From assembly GCA_024679955.1 (NCBI GenBank), contig JAILCQ010000009.1:76814-140813 (forward strand): a stretch of DNA of 64,000 nt, given 5' to 3'. The stretch's first letter is position 1; each line of letters begins with the position of its first letter. Source of the stretch: Bacillota bacterium. Its GTDB lineage: Bacteria > Bacillota > Dehalobacteriia > UBA4068. Positions 1 through 9,818 of this stretch are shown piece after piece. The position numbers and the translations under genes were made by a program. The notes below the pieces were generated by a model, which was not told the origin of the DNA, ran no database searches, and saw only the letters and a list, made by a program, of their open reading frames with translations.

Positions 1-654
1 TATCCCGGCGGATATGTGCTTTCCGCGGGCAGCTACGGCTGCAATTTCCGTTGTCCCTTTTGCCAGAATCACAGCATTTCCATGGACAGCGCCGCCCCCG
101 CCGTCTATATCAGCCCGGAGGAATTGGTCGCCCAAGGGGAACGCTGCCGCAAGCAGGGGAATATCGGCCTGGCCTTTACCTATAACGAACCTTTGGTGGG
201 CTATGAATATGTGATGGATTGCGCCGTTTTGGCCCGTCAGGCCGGTTTGCGCACCGTGCTGGTGACCAATGGCGGGATAGAGGCCGCCTATTGGCAAAAG
301 CTGCTGCCCTGGATCGACGCGGTGAATATCGATCTAAAAGCCTTTCGCCCGGAATTTTATGAAAAAATCGGCGGGGATTTGACGACCGTAAAGCAAAACA
401 TCGCCGGGACTTGCGGTCGCAGCCATATGGAGATCACCACCCTGGTCATCCCCGGAGAAAACGACGGGGATGACGAAATAGAAGCCCTGGCCGCCTGGCT
501 GGCCGCTCTGGATCCACATATACCGTTGCATCTCAGCCGCTTTTTTCCTCGCTATCAATGGGCGAACCGGCAGCCTACCGAAGTATCCCGCATCTATCGC
601 CTGGCCGACGTGGCCAGAGCGCATCTGCGGTATGTATATTGTGGAAATTGTTAG
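1..654 (+). CDS. radical SAM enzyme (PflA-like / AmmeMemoRadiSam-system type), 5' partial
   Basis: The reading frame is open from base 1. A CNFRCPFC (CxxxCxxC) radical-SAM motif lies near the window start, and the C-terminal CGNC resembles PFL-activase-like radical SAM proteins. Confidence 0.6.
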   Translation, partial: YPGGYVLSAGSYGCNFRCPFCQNHSISMDSAAPAVYISPEELVAQGERCRKQGNIGLAFTYNEPLVGYEYVMDCAVLARQAGLRTVLVTNGGIEAAYWQKLLPWIDAVNIDLKAFRPEFYEKIGGDLTTVKQNIAGTCGRSHMEITTLVIPGENDGDDEIEALAAWLAALDPHIPLHLSRFFPRYQWANRQPTEVSRIYRLADVARAHLRYVYCGNC

Positions 655-958
655 ACTTTTTCATCATTTTTTTGTATGCTTTTAAAAAAATTTTTAAAAA
701 AAGCAGCTTTGCCGCTTTTTTCTTTTGCTAAAGTATTATATAATAATAAATTGGAGTGACAGTGAACTTTTCCAGGCCGTCGGTCGTCTATACTACGGCG
801 GTTTGTGCAGAGCGATAAATTGCCGTTGCACGCTTGCCGGCTTTAGAAAGAATTAAACGCTTTGCCCCTTGGTTTTTAATACTCTTTCCGCTAATATATA
901 GGGCGGTAACCAAGGATTCCCTTTTGACTTATATCCCATCTTTCAGGAAGGTGCGTTT

Positions 959-2104
959 ATGAAAATATTGATTTTGACCGGGAAATTCGGTATGGGGCAT
1001 TATTCCGCCGCCCTCACGCTGGCGGAGCAAATCAAAGCTTTTGATCCGCATATCGAGATCACGGTGAAAGATATATATGAAATCGCCTACCCGGACTATT
1101 GTGAAATGTTTTACCGTTCCTATATGTCTTTGGTAAGCAAAGGCTGCAAACTCTACAATTTCGCCTATAAAAAAGCGGTTCACAGTAAACTGTTGAAAAA
1201 GAAGGACCGGAATAGCAATAAATCCCAATGGCAAAAAGGGCATATTGTTCATATGCTGGGCAAAACCATACAAGAGCTGTCGCCGGACGTAATCATTTCC
1301 ACCTATTCCCTATGCGCCCGGTTTGCGGCGGATTATAAACAGATCAGCGGCCACAATATCCCGCTGATCACCTGCGTCACCGACGTCAGCATTCACAATG
1401 TGTGGATCAATCCCGGTACCGATATCTATTTGGTGGGGGCCCGGGAAACCAAAGACAGCCTGATCGACGCCGGCGTGCGGCCGGAACAGATCTTTGTCAG
1501 CGGCATCCCGGTGAAAAGCGTCTTCGGGCAGGCGGAGGATGCGGAAACGGCGCAGGGGTCAAAAACAAAGGAGATTTTGATCATGGGCGGCGGTTTGGGC
1601 CTGTTGCCCCGGCAAAACCGCTTCTATGAGGAATTGGCCGCTTTGCCCAATACACATACCACCATCATCGTGGGGAAAAACGAAAAACTGCGCAAAAAAC
1701 TCAGCGGCAAATACGACAGCATCTCCGTGATCGGCTATACCGATCGGGTGAACGATTATATGCGCAAGGCCGACCTGTTGATCAGCAAGGCCGGCGGCAT
1801 CACCATGTTCGAGGCCATACATAGCCGTTTGCCTTTGCTGATTTTCCAACCTTTTTTGGAACAGGAAATCAGCAACGCCCGCTTCTTGCAGGATAACGGC
1901 TTGGCCCATATCTTGCGGGATGAAAACAAAGCGGCGGAGCAAATCGCCGCCCTCCTCTTTGACGATCAGGGCTTGCAGCGTATCCGGAAAAATATGGACC
2001 TGCTGTGCCGTAGCCTGGATAAAGAAGCTTTATGCCGTTGCCTGGACAAATTGGGCGACGGCCGTCCCGGCGACGGCGGCGGGGAAAGACAGAGGATAGC
2101 GTAA
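959..2104 (+). CDS. MGDG-synthase-family (GT28) glycolipid glycosyltransferase, HexS-like
   Basis: 381 aa. The N-terminal MKILILTGKFGMGHYSAALTLAEQI is typical of the UgtP/MGDG synthase N-domain, followed by a GT-B C-terminal domain. An RBS-like ggaagg precedes the ATG. Confidence 0.8.
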   Translation: MKILILTGKFGMGHYSAALTLAEQIKAFDPHIEITVKDIYEIAYPDYCEMFYRSYMSLVSKGCKLYNFAYKKAVHSKLLKKKDRNSNKSQWQKGHIVHMLGKTIQELSPDVIISTYSLCARFAADYKQISGHNIPLITCVTDVSIHNVWINPGTDIYLVGARETKDSLIDAGVRPEQIFVSGIPVKSVFGQAEDAETAQGSKTKEILIMGGGLGLLPRQNRFYEELAALPNTHTTIIVGKNEKLRKKLSGKYDSISVIGYTDRVNDYMRKADLLISKAGGITMFEAIHSRLPLLIFQPFLEQEISNARFLQDNGLAHILRDENKAAEQIAALLFDDQGLQRIRKNMDLLCRSLDKEALCRCLDKLGDGRPGDGGGERQRIA

Positions 2105-2135
2105 AGGCAGAGGACAGTTTTCAGAGGATGGTTCC

Positions 2136-2831
2136 ATGAATACATTGGCGGTTTTTATCCTGGCTGTTTTGGGGGCGGCGGCGGTATATGCCGTGGGGCC
2201 CACGCTTTGGTATAAATACGGCCGCCGCAACACGCCGTTGTCCGGCAAACAAAAACAAATCATCCTTAGCTTTGACGACGGGCCCGATCCCCGTTATACC
2301 CCGGAATTATTGAAGATTTTACAAACGTATCAGGTAAAAGCGGCCTTTTTTGTCCTGGCGGAAAAAGCGGAGAAATATCCGCAGCTGATGCAGGACATTG
2401 TGGCCCAGGGACATCTGGTGGGCCTGCACGGTTGGGATCACCGGCAAACCCTGTTCGCCTCCTGCCGGCGGCTTTCCCGGGATTTGCAGCGGGGGCTTGC
2501 CGCGCTGCAAAAGGCCGGCTGCCATCCGCGATATTACCGGCCGCCCCATGGTTATATCAATTTGTCTCTTCTGTTGCTGTTGAAAAAAAACCGTTTGCAT
2601 TTGCTGCTGTGGACGGTGATGGCCCAGGACTGGCAGGCCGCTACCACGGATGCGCAAATCCTGGATAAATTATGCCGGCGTTGCCGGCCGGGCTCGTTGA
2701 TTTGTTTGCATGATTCCGGCGAAGGCAGCGGCGGCGCGCCCGGCGCGCCGCAACGTACCTTGGCCGCGCTGAGACGTTTTATTCCGCAAATGCAGGAAGC
2801 CGGTTATCGATTTGTTTTGCCCCTGCCATAG
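2136..2831 (+). CDS. polysaccharide deacetylase (NodB/CE4), membrane-anchored, HexD-like
   Basis: N-terminal TM helix. The FDDGPDP motif and the H..H pair in LHGWDH are typical of the CE4 family. Confidence 0.85.
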   Translation: MNTLAVFILAVLGAAAVYAVGPTLWYKYGRRNTPLSGKQKQIILSFDDGPDPRYTPELLKILQTYQVKAAFFVLAEKAEKYPQLMQDIVAQGHLVGLHGWDHRQTLFASCRRLSRDLQRGLAALQKAGCHPRYYRPPHGYINLSLLLLLKKNRLHLLLWTVMAQDWQAATTDAQILDKLCRRCRPGSLICLHDSGEGSGGAPGAPQRTLAALRRFIPQMQEAGYRFVLPLP

Positions 2832-2858
2832 CCGGGGAGAAAGAAAAGGTTAAACGCA

Positions 2859-3998
2859 ATGGAAAAATTTGCCGCCAATAAAAAACGCCAATGCATCAGC
2901 ATCGCCGTGATCGCGACGATTTTGGCCGTGACCTTTTTTTTGCTGTTCCGGGATCAGGAGTTGCCGGAATTGCTCCCCTTGCTGAAGTCCTTGCAGCCCG
3001 CCTATTTGCTGGCCGCCGTTTTGGCCATGCTGGCGTTTTTTGCTTTTGAAGCCCTTAGCCTGCGTCTTTTGCTGGGTGCGCTGCGCTACCGGCCCGGATT
3101 CTGCCGCTGCTACAGCTATGCGCTGATCAATTTCTATTTCAGCTCCATCACACCGGGGTGCTGCGGCGGCCAGCCCTCCCAGCTTTACTATATGAAACGG
3201 GACGGCATCGGTTTGGGCAGCTCTTCTTTGACCGTATTGCTGTTCAACGTAGCCTATCATCTCTCGGCCATAACCATTATCCTCTGCGCTTTGCTGTGGG
3301 GCGGCAAGAATCTGCTCCATGATTTGAGCATGATCAAGTATTTGCTGATTTACGGGATGACGGTTCAGTTCCTATGCATGGCTGCCTACGGTTTTCTGAT
3401 TTTTTCCCCGAAAACGGCCCCTCTGGCGGTGGACAAAGTCATTCGCCTTTTGGCAAAATTGCATATCGTCAAGGACAGTGCCGCGGCGGAACAAAAGATG
3501 GCCAATCAGTTGAACCGGTATCGCAAAGGCGTAAGCTATATCAAAAAGCATCCGCTGATCCTGTTGAAGCTGTTTGCCATCACCACCTGCCATGTTTTGG
3601 TGCTCTATTCCGTGCCCTATTGGATATACCGGGCTTTGGGCTTGAGCGAATACAGCCTGCCGGCCATGTTGGCCATCCAAACCGTTTTGACCCTGGCATT
3701 GGAATCTTTGCCCATCCCCGGCGGGGCAGGCGTGGCGGAAGGCAGCTATTTGCTGGTCTACGGACAGATATTCGGCCCGGCTTTGGTGGTGCCGGCTTTG
3801 CTGTTGTGCCGGGGCATGAATTATTACAGCGGGCTTTTGGCCGGCGGTTTGGTTTCCGCCTACGCCCATAGCAAGCGGCTGCGCCTGCGGCGGCTGCGCC
3901 CCCGCCTGGGCAAGATGATCATCCGCTCCGGAAAGACCGTGTCCGCTTTGCGTCGTTATACGGCTTTGCCGCCGATGTCCAGGGAATTGGAGATATGA
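2859..3998 (+). CDS. lysylphosphatidylglycerol-synthase TM-region (MprF flippase-like, UPF0104) membrane protein, HexF-like
   Basis: 379 aa polytopic membrane protein with a conserved PGCCGGQPSQLYYM-type motif, with no C-terminal synthase domain. Confidence 0.75.
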   Translation: MEKFAANKKRQCISIAVIATILAVTFFLLFRDQELPELLPLLKSLQPAYLLAAVLAMLAFFAFEALSLRLLLGALRYRPGFCRCYSYALINFYFSSITPGCCGGQPSQLYYMKRDGIGLGSSSLTVLLFNVAYHLSAITIILCALLWGGKNLLHDLSMIKYLLIYGMTVQFLCMAAYGFLIFSPKTAPLAVDKVIRLLAKLHIVKDSAAAEQKMANQLNRYRKGVSYIKKHPLILLKLFAITTCHVLVLYSVPYWIYRALGLSEYSLPAMLAIQTVLTLALESLPIPGGAGVAEGSYLLVYGQIFGPALVVPALLLCRGMNYYSGLLAGGLVSAYAHSKRLRLRRLRPRLGKMIIRSGKTVSALRRYTALPPMSRELEI

Positions 3999-4067
3999 TC
4001 CTTCCTTTTGCACATGCCGGCATACCTGCCTCATATGTGTTGGATTGCGGTATGGAAAATAAACAAA

Positions 4068-4097
4068 CCCCCTTTTCCCGGCAATGGGAAAAGGGGG
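4068..4097. terminator. bidirectional rho-independent terminator
   Basis: cccccttttccc-ggcaat-gggaaaaggggg perfect 12-bp stem between the convergent genes, with flanking A/T runs. Confidence 0.7.
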
Positions 4098-4113
4098 TTC
4101 TTGTCCGGAGCTT

Positions 4114-4782
4114 TTAATCCGCATCCTGGGCCAGATCGCTGAAGTATTCGTAAAACGGCGCCAGAAAGCTATACCCTTCCAGCAGGCGGTCTATCAAAGC
4201 CGGGGAAAAGATATCCGGGCCCACGGCTTCCTCATGGGACAAGGCGAAGCTTTTTTTGTTATACCAATCCCGCAGCAAAGGGCCGGGATCGCCTTTGGGC
4301 CGCACATAGGCCGGGCCCTCCAGCACGAACTCCTTTTGCTTTTGCAGCCGCCGGGCCAGTTTGGCCAGTCTTTGCGGCTGCCGGTCTATCCGGGCCCGGT
4401 GTTTGGCCATCAGCGCCGGTTTGGCCTGATAATAGCCCAGACCGTAGCTCCAGCTTTCCGCCGCCAATTCGAACCAAAAGGTGAGTTTGGCGGACATATC
4501 CTCCTCCATCCTTTGGCTGAAGGTAAACCATAGCCGGTCTTTGTAGGGGCCTTTGCCGTGACAGCGGCGGATATCCCGATAAATGCGGCAAACCTTCGGT
4601 TCCAGATCGAATTGGGGGTAGAGGTTTTGAAACGCATCGTAGGTTTCGGCGGCCAATTGGCGCATGGGCATAAGCAAATGCTGGCGATATTGCTGTTTGT
4701 GCTCCTCAAACCAGCTTTTTTCGTTATATATGCCGATACCTTTTAAAAAGCCCAGGGTTTGTTGGGTGAAGCCTTGAAACAT
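4114..4782 (-). CDS. DUF2461 (TIGR02453) family protein
   Basis: 222 aa. Conserved WFEEHK..Y motif architecture of the DUF2461 family. Confidence 0.6.
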   Translation of the reverse strand: MFQGFTQQTLGFLKGIGIYNEKSWFEEHKQQYRQHLLMPMRQLAAETYDAFQNLYPQFDLEPKVCRIYRDIRRCHGKGPYKDRLWFTFSQRMEEDMSAKLTFWFELAAESWSYGLGYYQAKPALMAKHRARIDRQPQRLAKLARRLQKQKEFVLEGPAYVRPKGDPGPLLRDWYNKKSFALSHEEAVGPDIFSPALIDRLLEGYSFLAPFYEYFSDLAQDAD

Positions 4783-5015
4783 AGTTGCTCTCCTTTGTTG
4801 CGCGGGGAAGGTGGCGCTTATGCGTCTTTATTCTCCGTAACGACGGTAATAAAACCTGGCGTTATTTGGGTGAAAGCCTGAAACAGAGGCAGATTCCGTT
4901 TTTTACAAAGCAAGGGGCGCATAAGCGCCCCTTGAACGGCATCGTTGATATGGCAATGTTTCGCCGGGGATCGCCTCAGGCTTTTTGCGGCAAAAGGCGC
5001 GTCCGGGAAAAACCT

Positions 5016-5549
5016 TTACAGTTTGGCTGCCAAAGCGGCAATTTCTTTTTTGGCCGCGGCGGTTTTGGCTTCGTCGCCCTGGAAAGAGCCGGCAACGTAT
5101 TGGCCCGCAAACTCCCAGCCCAAAAAGGCGCAGATCGCCTGAACATTGCCGGCGATCAAATCATACTGGCCGGACGGGGGCGGGGTGCCGCCGATGGCGA
5201 TGACCGCCACTTTTTTGGACGCGGCTTGCAGTTTGTCCACTTTGGCAAAGAAACGATCGATCAGCGCTTTCAGCTGTGCGGTGATGCCCATGAAATAGAC
5301 CGGGGTAGCAAATACCAGGGCGTCGGCGGCGACGACTTTGGCCAATACTTCTTCGGCGTCGTCTTTTTGTACGCAGGTTCCCCCGTTTTGTTTGCAGGCG
5401 AAACAGGATTTGCAACCGCCGATTTTCAAAGCGGCTACGTTGACCGTTTCCACATTGCTGCCGGCGGGCAGAGCTTCCGCCAGCATTTTCAAGGCTTCCG
5501 TCGTGTTGCCCGCTGCTCTGGGGCTGCCGTTTAATAATACGATATTCAT
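5016..5549 (-). CDS. iron-sulfur flavoprotein-like NADPH-dependent FMN reductase (flavodoxin fold)
   Basis: 177 aa with a flavodoxin-like fold (LNGSPR..GNT). The compact CKSCFACKQNGGTC (CX2CX2CX6C) motif is characteristic of ISF proteins. Confidence 0.7.
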   Translation of the reverse strand: MNIVLLNGSPRAAGNTTEALKMLAEALPAGSNVETVNVAALKIGGCKSCFACKQNGGTCVQKDDAEEVLAKVVAADALVFATPVYFMGITAQLKALIDRFFAKVDKLQAASKKVAVIAIGGTPPPSGQYDLIAGNVQAICAFLGWEFAGQYVAGSFQGDEAKTAAAKKEIAALAAKL

Positions 5550-5830
5550 TTCCTTGACCTCCTTATGTTGTATATATGCTGTCTATCTGGCAAGCAAAAA
5601 ATATCTCAAATACGTTTTTTATTTAACTTTAATTATACCACATGCCGGCAGGATTTGCCATAGCAAATCGGCAAATCCGGGATAAGAATATTTTTGAAAA
5701 AAAACAAGGTCAAACGCGAAACGGCCAGAAGTATTATAGTTGGCCGGAAAAAACGAGCGGTTCTTTTGCAGGAAAAAGTTCGCTTAGGATAACCGCCGCC
5801 GCCTCAACTGAAAGGAAAGGAGTTTTGAAC

Positions 5831-6523
5831 TTGAATTACACCAATGAAGTCACCAATATGTGCGTTGTGGCCAAAGGCGCCGATCATGGCCCCGCGCCGA
5901 TCCCGGAAGAAGGCAAATGGGTCGCCGCCAAACAAATCAGCGACATTTCCGGTTTGACCCATAGCGTGGGCCGCTGCGCGCCCCAACAGGGCGCTTGCAA
6001 GCTCACCCTGAACATCAAAAACGGTATCATTGAGGAAGCTTTGGTGGAAACTTTGGGTTGTAGCGGTATGACCCACTCCGCGGCGATGGCGGCGGAAATT
6101 TTGCCGGGAAAAACCATCCTGGAAGCGTTGAACACCGATTTGGTGTGCGACGCCATCAATGTGGCTATGCGGGAAATTTTTTTGCAAATCGTCTACGGAC
6201 GCAGCCAAACCGCCTTTTCTGAAAACGGCCTGCCCATCGGCGCCAGCCTGGAGGATTTGGGCAAAGGTATGCGCAGCCAGATCGGCACCACCTTTGGCAC
6301 CAAGGCCAAAGGCGCCCGCTATTTGGAAATTGCCGAGGGATATGTGACCAAGTTGGCTTTGGATAAAGATATGCAAATCATCGGCTACCAGTTCATCCAT
6401 TTGGGCAAAATGATGGATTTCATCAAAAAGGGTATGGATGCCAATGAAGCCTTGGCCAAAGCCACCGGCAAGTACGGCAGATTTGACGAAGCCGACACCT
6501 ATATCGATCCCCGGCAAGAATAG
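5831..6523 (+). CDS. IscU/NifU-N-like Fe-S scaffold-domain protein (partner of GGGtGRT protein)
   Basis: GACKLTLNIKNGIIEEALVETLGCSGMTHSAAMAAEILPGKTILEAL matches the IscU core pattern (GDVM.L.IKV..G.I.DA.F.T.GC..A.AS.S). The start is uncertain: a TTG at 5831 lies 8 nt after AGGAG, with an alternative ATG at 5858. Confidence 0.6.
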   Translation: MNYTNEVTNMCVVAKGADHGPAPIPEEGKWVAAKQISDISGLTHSVGRCAPQQGACKLTLNIKNGIIEEALVETLGCSGMTHSAAMAAEILPGKTILEALNTDLVCDAINVAMREIFLQIVYGRSQTAFSENGLPIGASLEDLGKGMRSQIGTTFGTKAKGARYLEIAEGYVTKLALDKDMQIIGYQFIHLGKMMDFIKKGMDANEALAKATGKYGRFDEADTYIDPRQE

Positions 6524-6539
6524 AAAAGGAGGCGCGACC

Positions 6540-7541
6540 ATGGCATTATTTGAAAGTTACGAAAGAAGAATCGATAAAATCAACAAGGTTTTGGCTGAAT
6601 ACGGCCTCGGTTCCTTGGAAGAGGCGGCGGAGCTTTGCCATAAGGCCGGTATAGATCCCTATACCACGGTAAAAGATATCCAGCCCATTGCTTTCGAGAA
6701 CGCTTGCTGGGCCTATACGCTGGGCAGCGCCATCGCCCTGAAAAAAGACTGCCGGGACGCCGCCGCGGCCGCCGAAGCCATCGGCATCGGCCTGCAGGCC
6801 TTTTGCATTCCCGGTTCGGTGGCGGAAAACCGCCAGGTAGGCGTGGGCCATGGCAATTTGGCGGCCATGCTGCTCAGGGATGAGACCCAATGCTTCGCCT
6901 TTTTGGCCGGCCATGAATCTTTCGCCGCTGCGGAAGGGGCCATCGGCATCGCCAAAAGCGCCAATACCGTGCGCAAACAGCCGCTGCGCATCATTTTGAA
7001 CGGTTTGGGCAAGGACGCGGCGATGATCATCGCCCGCATCAACGGCTTTACCTATTGTCAGACCAAGTTCGATTATTATACCAGCGAATTGACGGTCGTC
7101 CGGGAAATTGCCTATTCCAATGGCGAACGGGCGAAGGTGCGCTGCTTCGGCGCGGACGATGTGCGGGAAGGCGTGGCCATCATGCATCACGAGGGCGTGG
7201 ACGTGTCCATCACCGGCAATTCCACCAACCCCACCCGCTTCCAGCATCCGGTGGCGGGCACCTATAAAAAAGAATGCATAGAGCAGGGAAAACGCTATTT
7301 CTCCGTGGCCTCCGGCGGCGGCACCGGCCGCACCCTGCATCCGGATAATATGGCGGCGGGGCCGGCCTCTTACGGCATGACCGATACCATGGGCCGTATG
7401 CATTCCGACGCCCAGTTTGCCGGTTCCTCCTCCGTGCCGGCCCATGTGGAAATGATGGGCTTCATCGGCATGGGCAATAACCCGATGGTTGGGGCTACGG
7501 TGGCCTGCGCGGTGGCCGCCGCCAAAGCGCTGAACCGGTAA
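6540..7541 (+). CDS. GGGtGRT family protein
   Basis: 333 aa. The family-defining SGGGTGRTLHP motif is present, with an RBS aaaaggagg 8 nt upstream of the ATG. Confidence 0.85.
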   Translation: MALFESYERRIDKINKVLAEYGLGSLEEAAELCHKAGIDPYTTVKDIQPIAFENACWAYTLGSAIALKKDCRDAAAAAEAIGIGLQAFCIPGSVAENRQVGVGHGNLAAMLLRDETQCFAFLAGHESFAAAEGAIGIAKSANTVRKQPLRIILNGLGKDAAMIIARINGFTYCQTKFDYYTSELTVVREIAYSNGERAKVRCFGADDVREGVAIMHHEGVDVSITGNSTNPTRFQHPVAGTYKKECIEQGKRYFSVASGGGTGRTLHPDNMAAGPASYGMTDTMGRMHSDAQFAGSSSVPAHVEMMGFIGMGNNPMVGATVACAVAAAKALNR

Positions 7542-7597
7542 AAACGGCCCCTTTGCGGGTTTGGGAGTATGTTGCAGTTTTATTAATATAGGCAAAT

Positions 7598-7630
7598 AAA
7601 AGGGATCGAGGCCTCGCCTCGATCCCTTTG
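7598..7630. terminator. bidirectional rho-independent terminator
   Basis: aaaagggatcgagg-cc-tcgcctcgatcccttt palindrome between convergent genes. Confidence 0.7.
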
Positions 7631-7640
7631 TATACGCGGT

Positions 7641-8753
7641 TTATGCCAATATGGCGCAGGGGCGTCCCTTTCGGGCATGACGGCCGTATTTGCGGGCGGC
7701 CAGCAGCATAGCCAGGAGATTTTCCCGGCTGACGCCGGGGGGAAGCTGGCAACCGGCGGCCAGGGTGAAACCCATCGGATTGCCGGAAGCCTGCTCTATA
7801 CATCGTTTGCCCGCTTGCAGCACCTGATCCGTCGAACCCTGCAGCATCACTTCTACCGGCGGGATATTGCCGGCGATAGCGATTTTTTCTCCTGCCGCCT
7901 GCTGCAGCAGGGCCAGGCTTTCGCAGTCGTCCACCCGGAAAGAGGCGATGTCCAGCGTGGCCAGATCCGGCCAAATGGCGGCGGTTTTGCCGCAAATATG
8001 CAGGGAAGGCCGTTTGCCGGTGATCCGTATCGTTTCCTCTACCAGACGGCGCAAACGGGGCAAAATCAATTGCCGGAACAACCTGGGACTCAGCAGGTTC
8101 AGGGAAGCGGCCGGGTCGGCGATATTCACGCCGGTCACGCCGAACAGGCGATGGGCCGTTTGCACCCACAGCAATTGGCATTCCACGGAAAAATCCAAAA
8201 GCCGCTGCAATTCCTGGGGATGCTTGCGGCAATCCGCCATGACCATTTCCACCGGACGGATGGAAATGGCGGTGCTCATGGGCCCGCCGATTTCCGTTTT
8301 CACCGGGAAACCGTCGCCGAAATGGGCTTTGTAGCGGCCGATTTCATCCAGCAGCGGTTTTAAAACGGCATTGCTTTCCGGCTGCGGCGGTTCGTAAGCG
8401 CCGAGATCCGCATAATCGGTCAACGGTTGCTGCAGCAGATAATCCGCGTCCTGCTCCGGATAAACGGCTTTCGCCCCCAAGGCTTCGCCAATTTTTTTTA
8501 AATTGGGGCCGATGGCAATGCCATGACAGCCGAATTCCCGGGCGGCCTGTTGATATACGGCAGCCCGTACGGCAAACTGCCGCCGGTATTCGCTTACGCT
8601 GTAACCGTACAGCGGGGCCATGGTTTCCCGCACGGATATGGCTGCAGGCAGACGGTCCACTTCCTCTCCGGCGGCATAGGCCCGGCTGCGTTCCGCCGCC
8701 GTCATCTGATCTTTGTACCGTTCCAGTTCTTTATACAACGTATCTCTATCCAT
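7641..8753 (-). CDS. uroporphyrinogen decarboxylase (URO-D/MtaA-like) family protein
   Basis: About 370 aa of URO-D fold (MtaA/MtbA/HemE superfamily). The start is taken at MDRDTLYKELE. It is the last gene of the nine-gene operon. Confidence 0.65.
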   Translation of the reverse strand: MDRDTLYKELERYKDQMTAAERSRAYAAGEEVDRLPAAISVRETMAPLYGYSVSEYRRQFAVRAAVYQQAAREFGCHGIAIGPNLKKIGEALGAKAVYPEQDADYLLQQPLTDYADLGAYEPPQPESNAVLKPLLDEIGRYKAHFGDGFPVKTEIGGPMSTAISIRPVEMVMADCRKHPQELQRLLDFSVECQLLWVQTAHRLFGVTGVNIADPAASLNLLSPRLFRQLILPRLRRLVEETIRITGKRPSLHICGKTAAIWPDLATLDIASFRVDDCESLALLQQAAGEKIAIAGNIPPVEVMLQGSTDQVLQAGKRCIEQASGNPMGFTLAAGCQLPPGVSRENLLAMLLAARKYGRHARKGRPCAILA

Positions 8754-9816
8754 TTTTCTCCTGCTCCAGCAGGCCCAGCCATTGTCCGGCAAATCTTTTC
8801 AGGTCGAAATCGTTGGCTTGGTCAACGGTGGTCAGATAATGCTTGGGGAATATGCCTGCCCCGCGCCAGGCGCCGCCGATAGCGCCGATGATCGAGGCGA
8901 TGGCGGCCGTTTCGTCGCCGATATTCACGCCGTCCAACAAGGCGGCCATCACGTCGCCCTGATTGGCGATGAGCAGGCCGATTGCAACGGGGAAGGTCTC
9001 CGCCACGGCGGGGCCGCTGCCGATGATATCCCGCAGCTCTTCCATGGCGTTGGCGTCGCCTTTGACCGCCACGTCGATGGACATATCCAGGCGGCGGCTC
9101 ACGGAGGGGCCGGGGTACAGCCAGATATCCTTACGGGCCCGGGCCTGTTTTTCCCCTTCCGCCGCGCCGTATTTGGCGGCTTCTGTGATTGCATACAGGG
9201 TGACGTTGCCGTCCAGGGCCCGGCTGACGGCGGCGGCCATGGCGCAAGCGCCGGAAATGCTCAGCGGGTCGTCATGGGAAGCCATGGTCAATTCCACGGC
9301 GGCGGCAATGGCGGCGTCCACGTCGCCGGGATGCAGCAGCGCCGCCGGCCAGGCTTTCACCGCCGCGCCGTTGGAAGAAAGGGCGTAATAATGCCCTTTG
9401 AACAGTTTATTGCCCAAGTGTCCGGCATAGGACCACATTTCCTGCCGGTCGTCCTGTTTCAAACGGTTGACGACTTTGCGGGTGGTCATACCGGCGAAAG
9501 GCCCGAACCAGGGGCTTTCGCCCCATTGCCGCAAGGCTTCCTCTCCCGCCCGGCGGCTGGCTTGGCCGTGATTGAGAAAAAGCTGCTGCGACAGAAAATA
9601 GGGGATGGAGAAAGCGTCCGTGACCTGCCCGGCTTTTCTGCCCCGGGAAAGGCTTTGCTCCGACGGGGTGACGAAATCCGTGATCCGTCCGCCGTAAATC
9701 TGCATGATCTGTGTGGTGGAGAGCGGCTCCCCGGCGGCTCCCAAAGCGTCGCCGGCGGCAGCGCCGGTGATGCAGCCCAAATATTTATCCTGTAAAGTAA
9801 CGGTTTGAGCAGCCAT
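8746..9816 (-). CDS. ADP-ribosylglycohydrolase (ARH/DraG) family protein
   Basis: 356 aa with an N-terminal GAAAGDALG motif and ARH-fold Asp-rich metal-site motifs. Confidence 0.85.
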   Translation of the reverse strand: MAAQTVTLQDKYLGCITGAAAGDALGAAGEPLSTTQIMQIYGGRITDFVTPSEQSLSRGRKAGQVTDAFSIPYFLSQQLFLNHGQASRRAGEEALRQWGESPWFGPFAGMTTRKVVNRLKQDDRQEMWSYAGHLGNKLFKGHYYALSSNGAAVKAWPAALLHPGDVDAAIAAAVELTMASHDDPLSISGACAMAAAVSRALDGNVTLYAITEAAKYGAAEGEKQARARKDIWLYPGPSVSRRLDMSIDVAVKGDANAMEELRDIIGSGPAVAETFPVAIGLLIANQGDVMAALLDGVNIGDETAAIASIIGAIGGAWRGAGIFPKHYLTTVDQANDFDLKRFAGQWLGLLEQEKNG

Positions 9817-9818
9817 GC

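Noticed and set aside
4911-4932. AAGGGGCGC-ataa-GCGCCCCTT hairpin as the terminator of the flavoprotein gene
   Set aside because: This perfect 9-bp hairpin has the T-run on the wrong side for either strand. It may be structural, but it is not a canonical intrinsic terminator.
4785-5534. 249-aa plus-strand ORF overlapping the flavoprotein gene
   Set aside because: It is antisense to a well-supported ISF-like CDS and shows no family resemblance.
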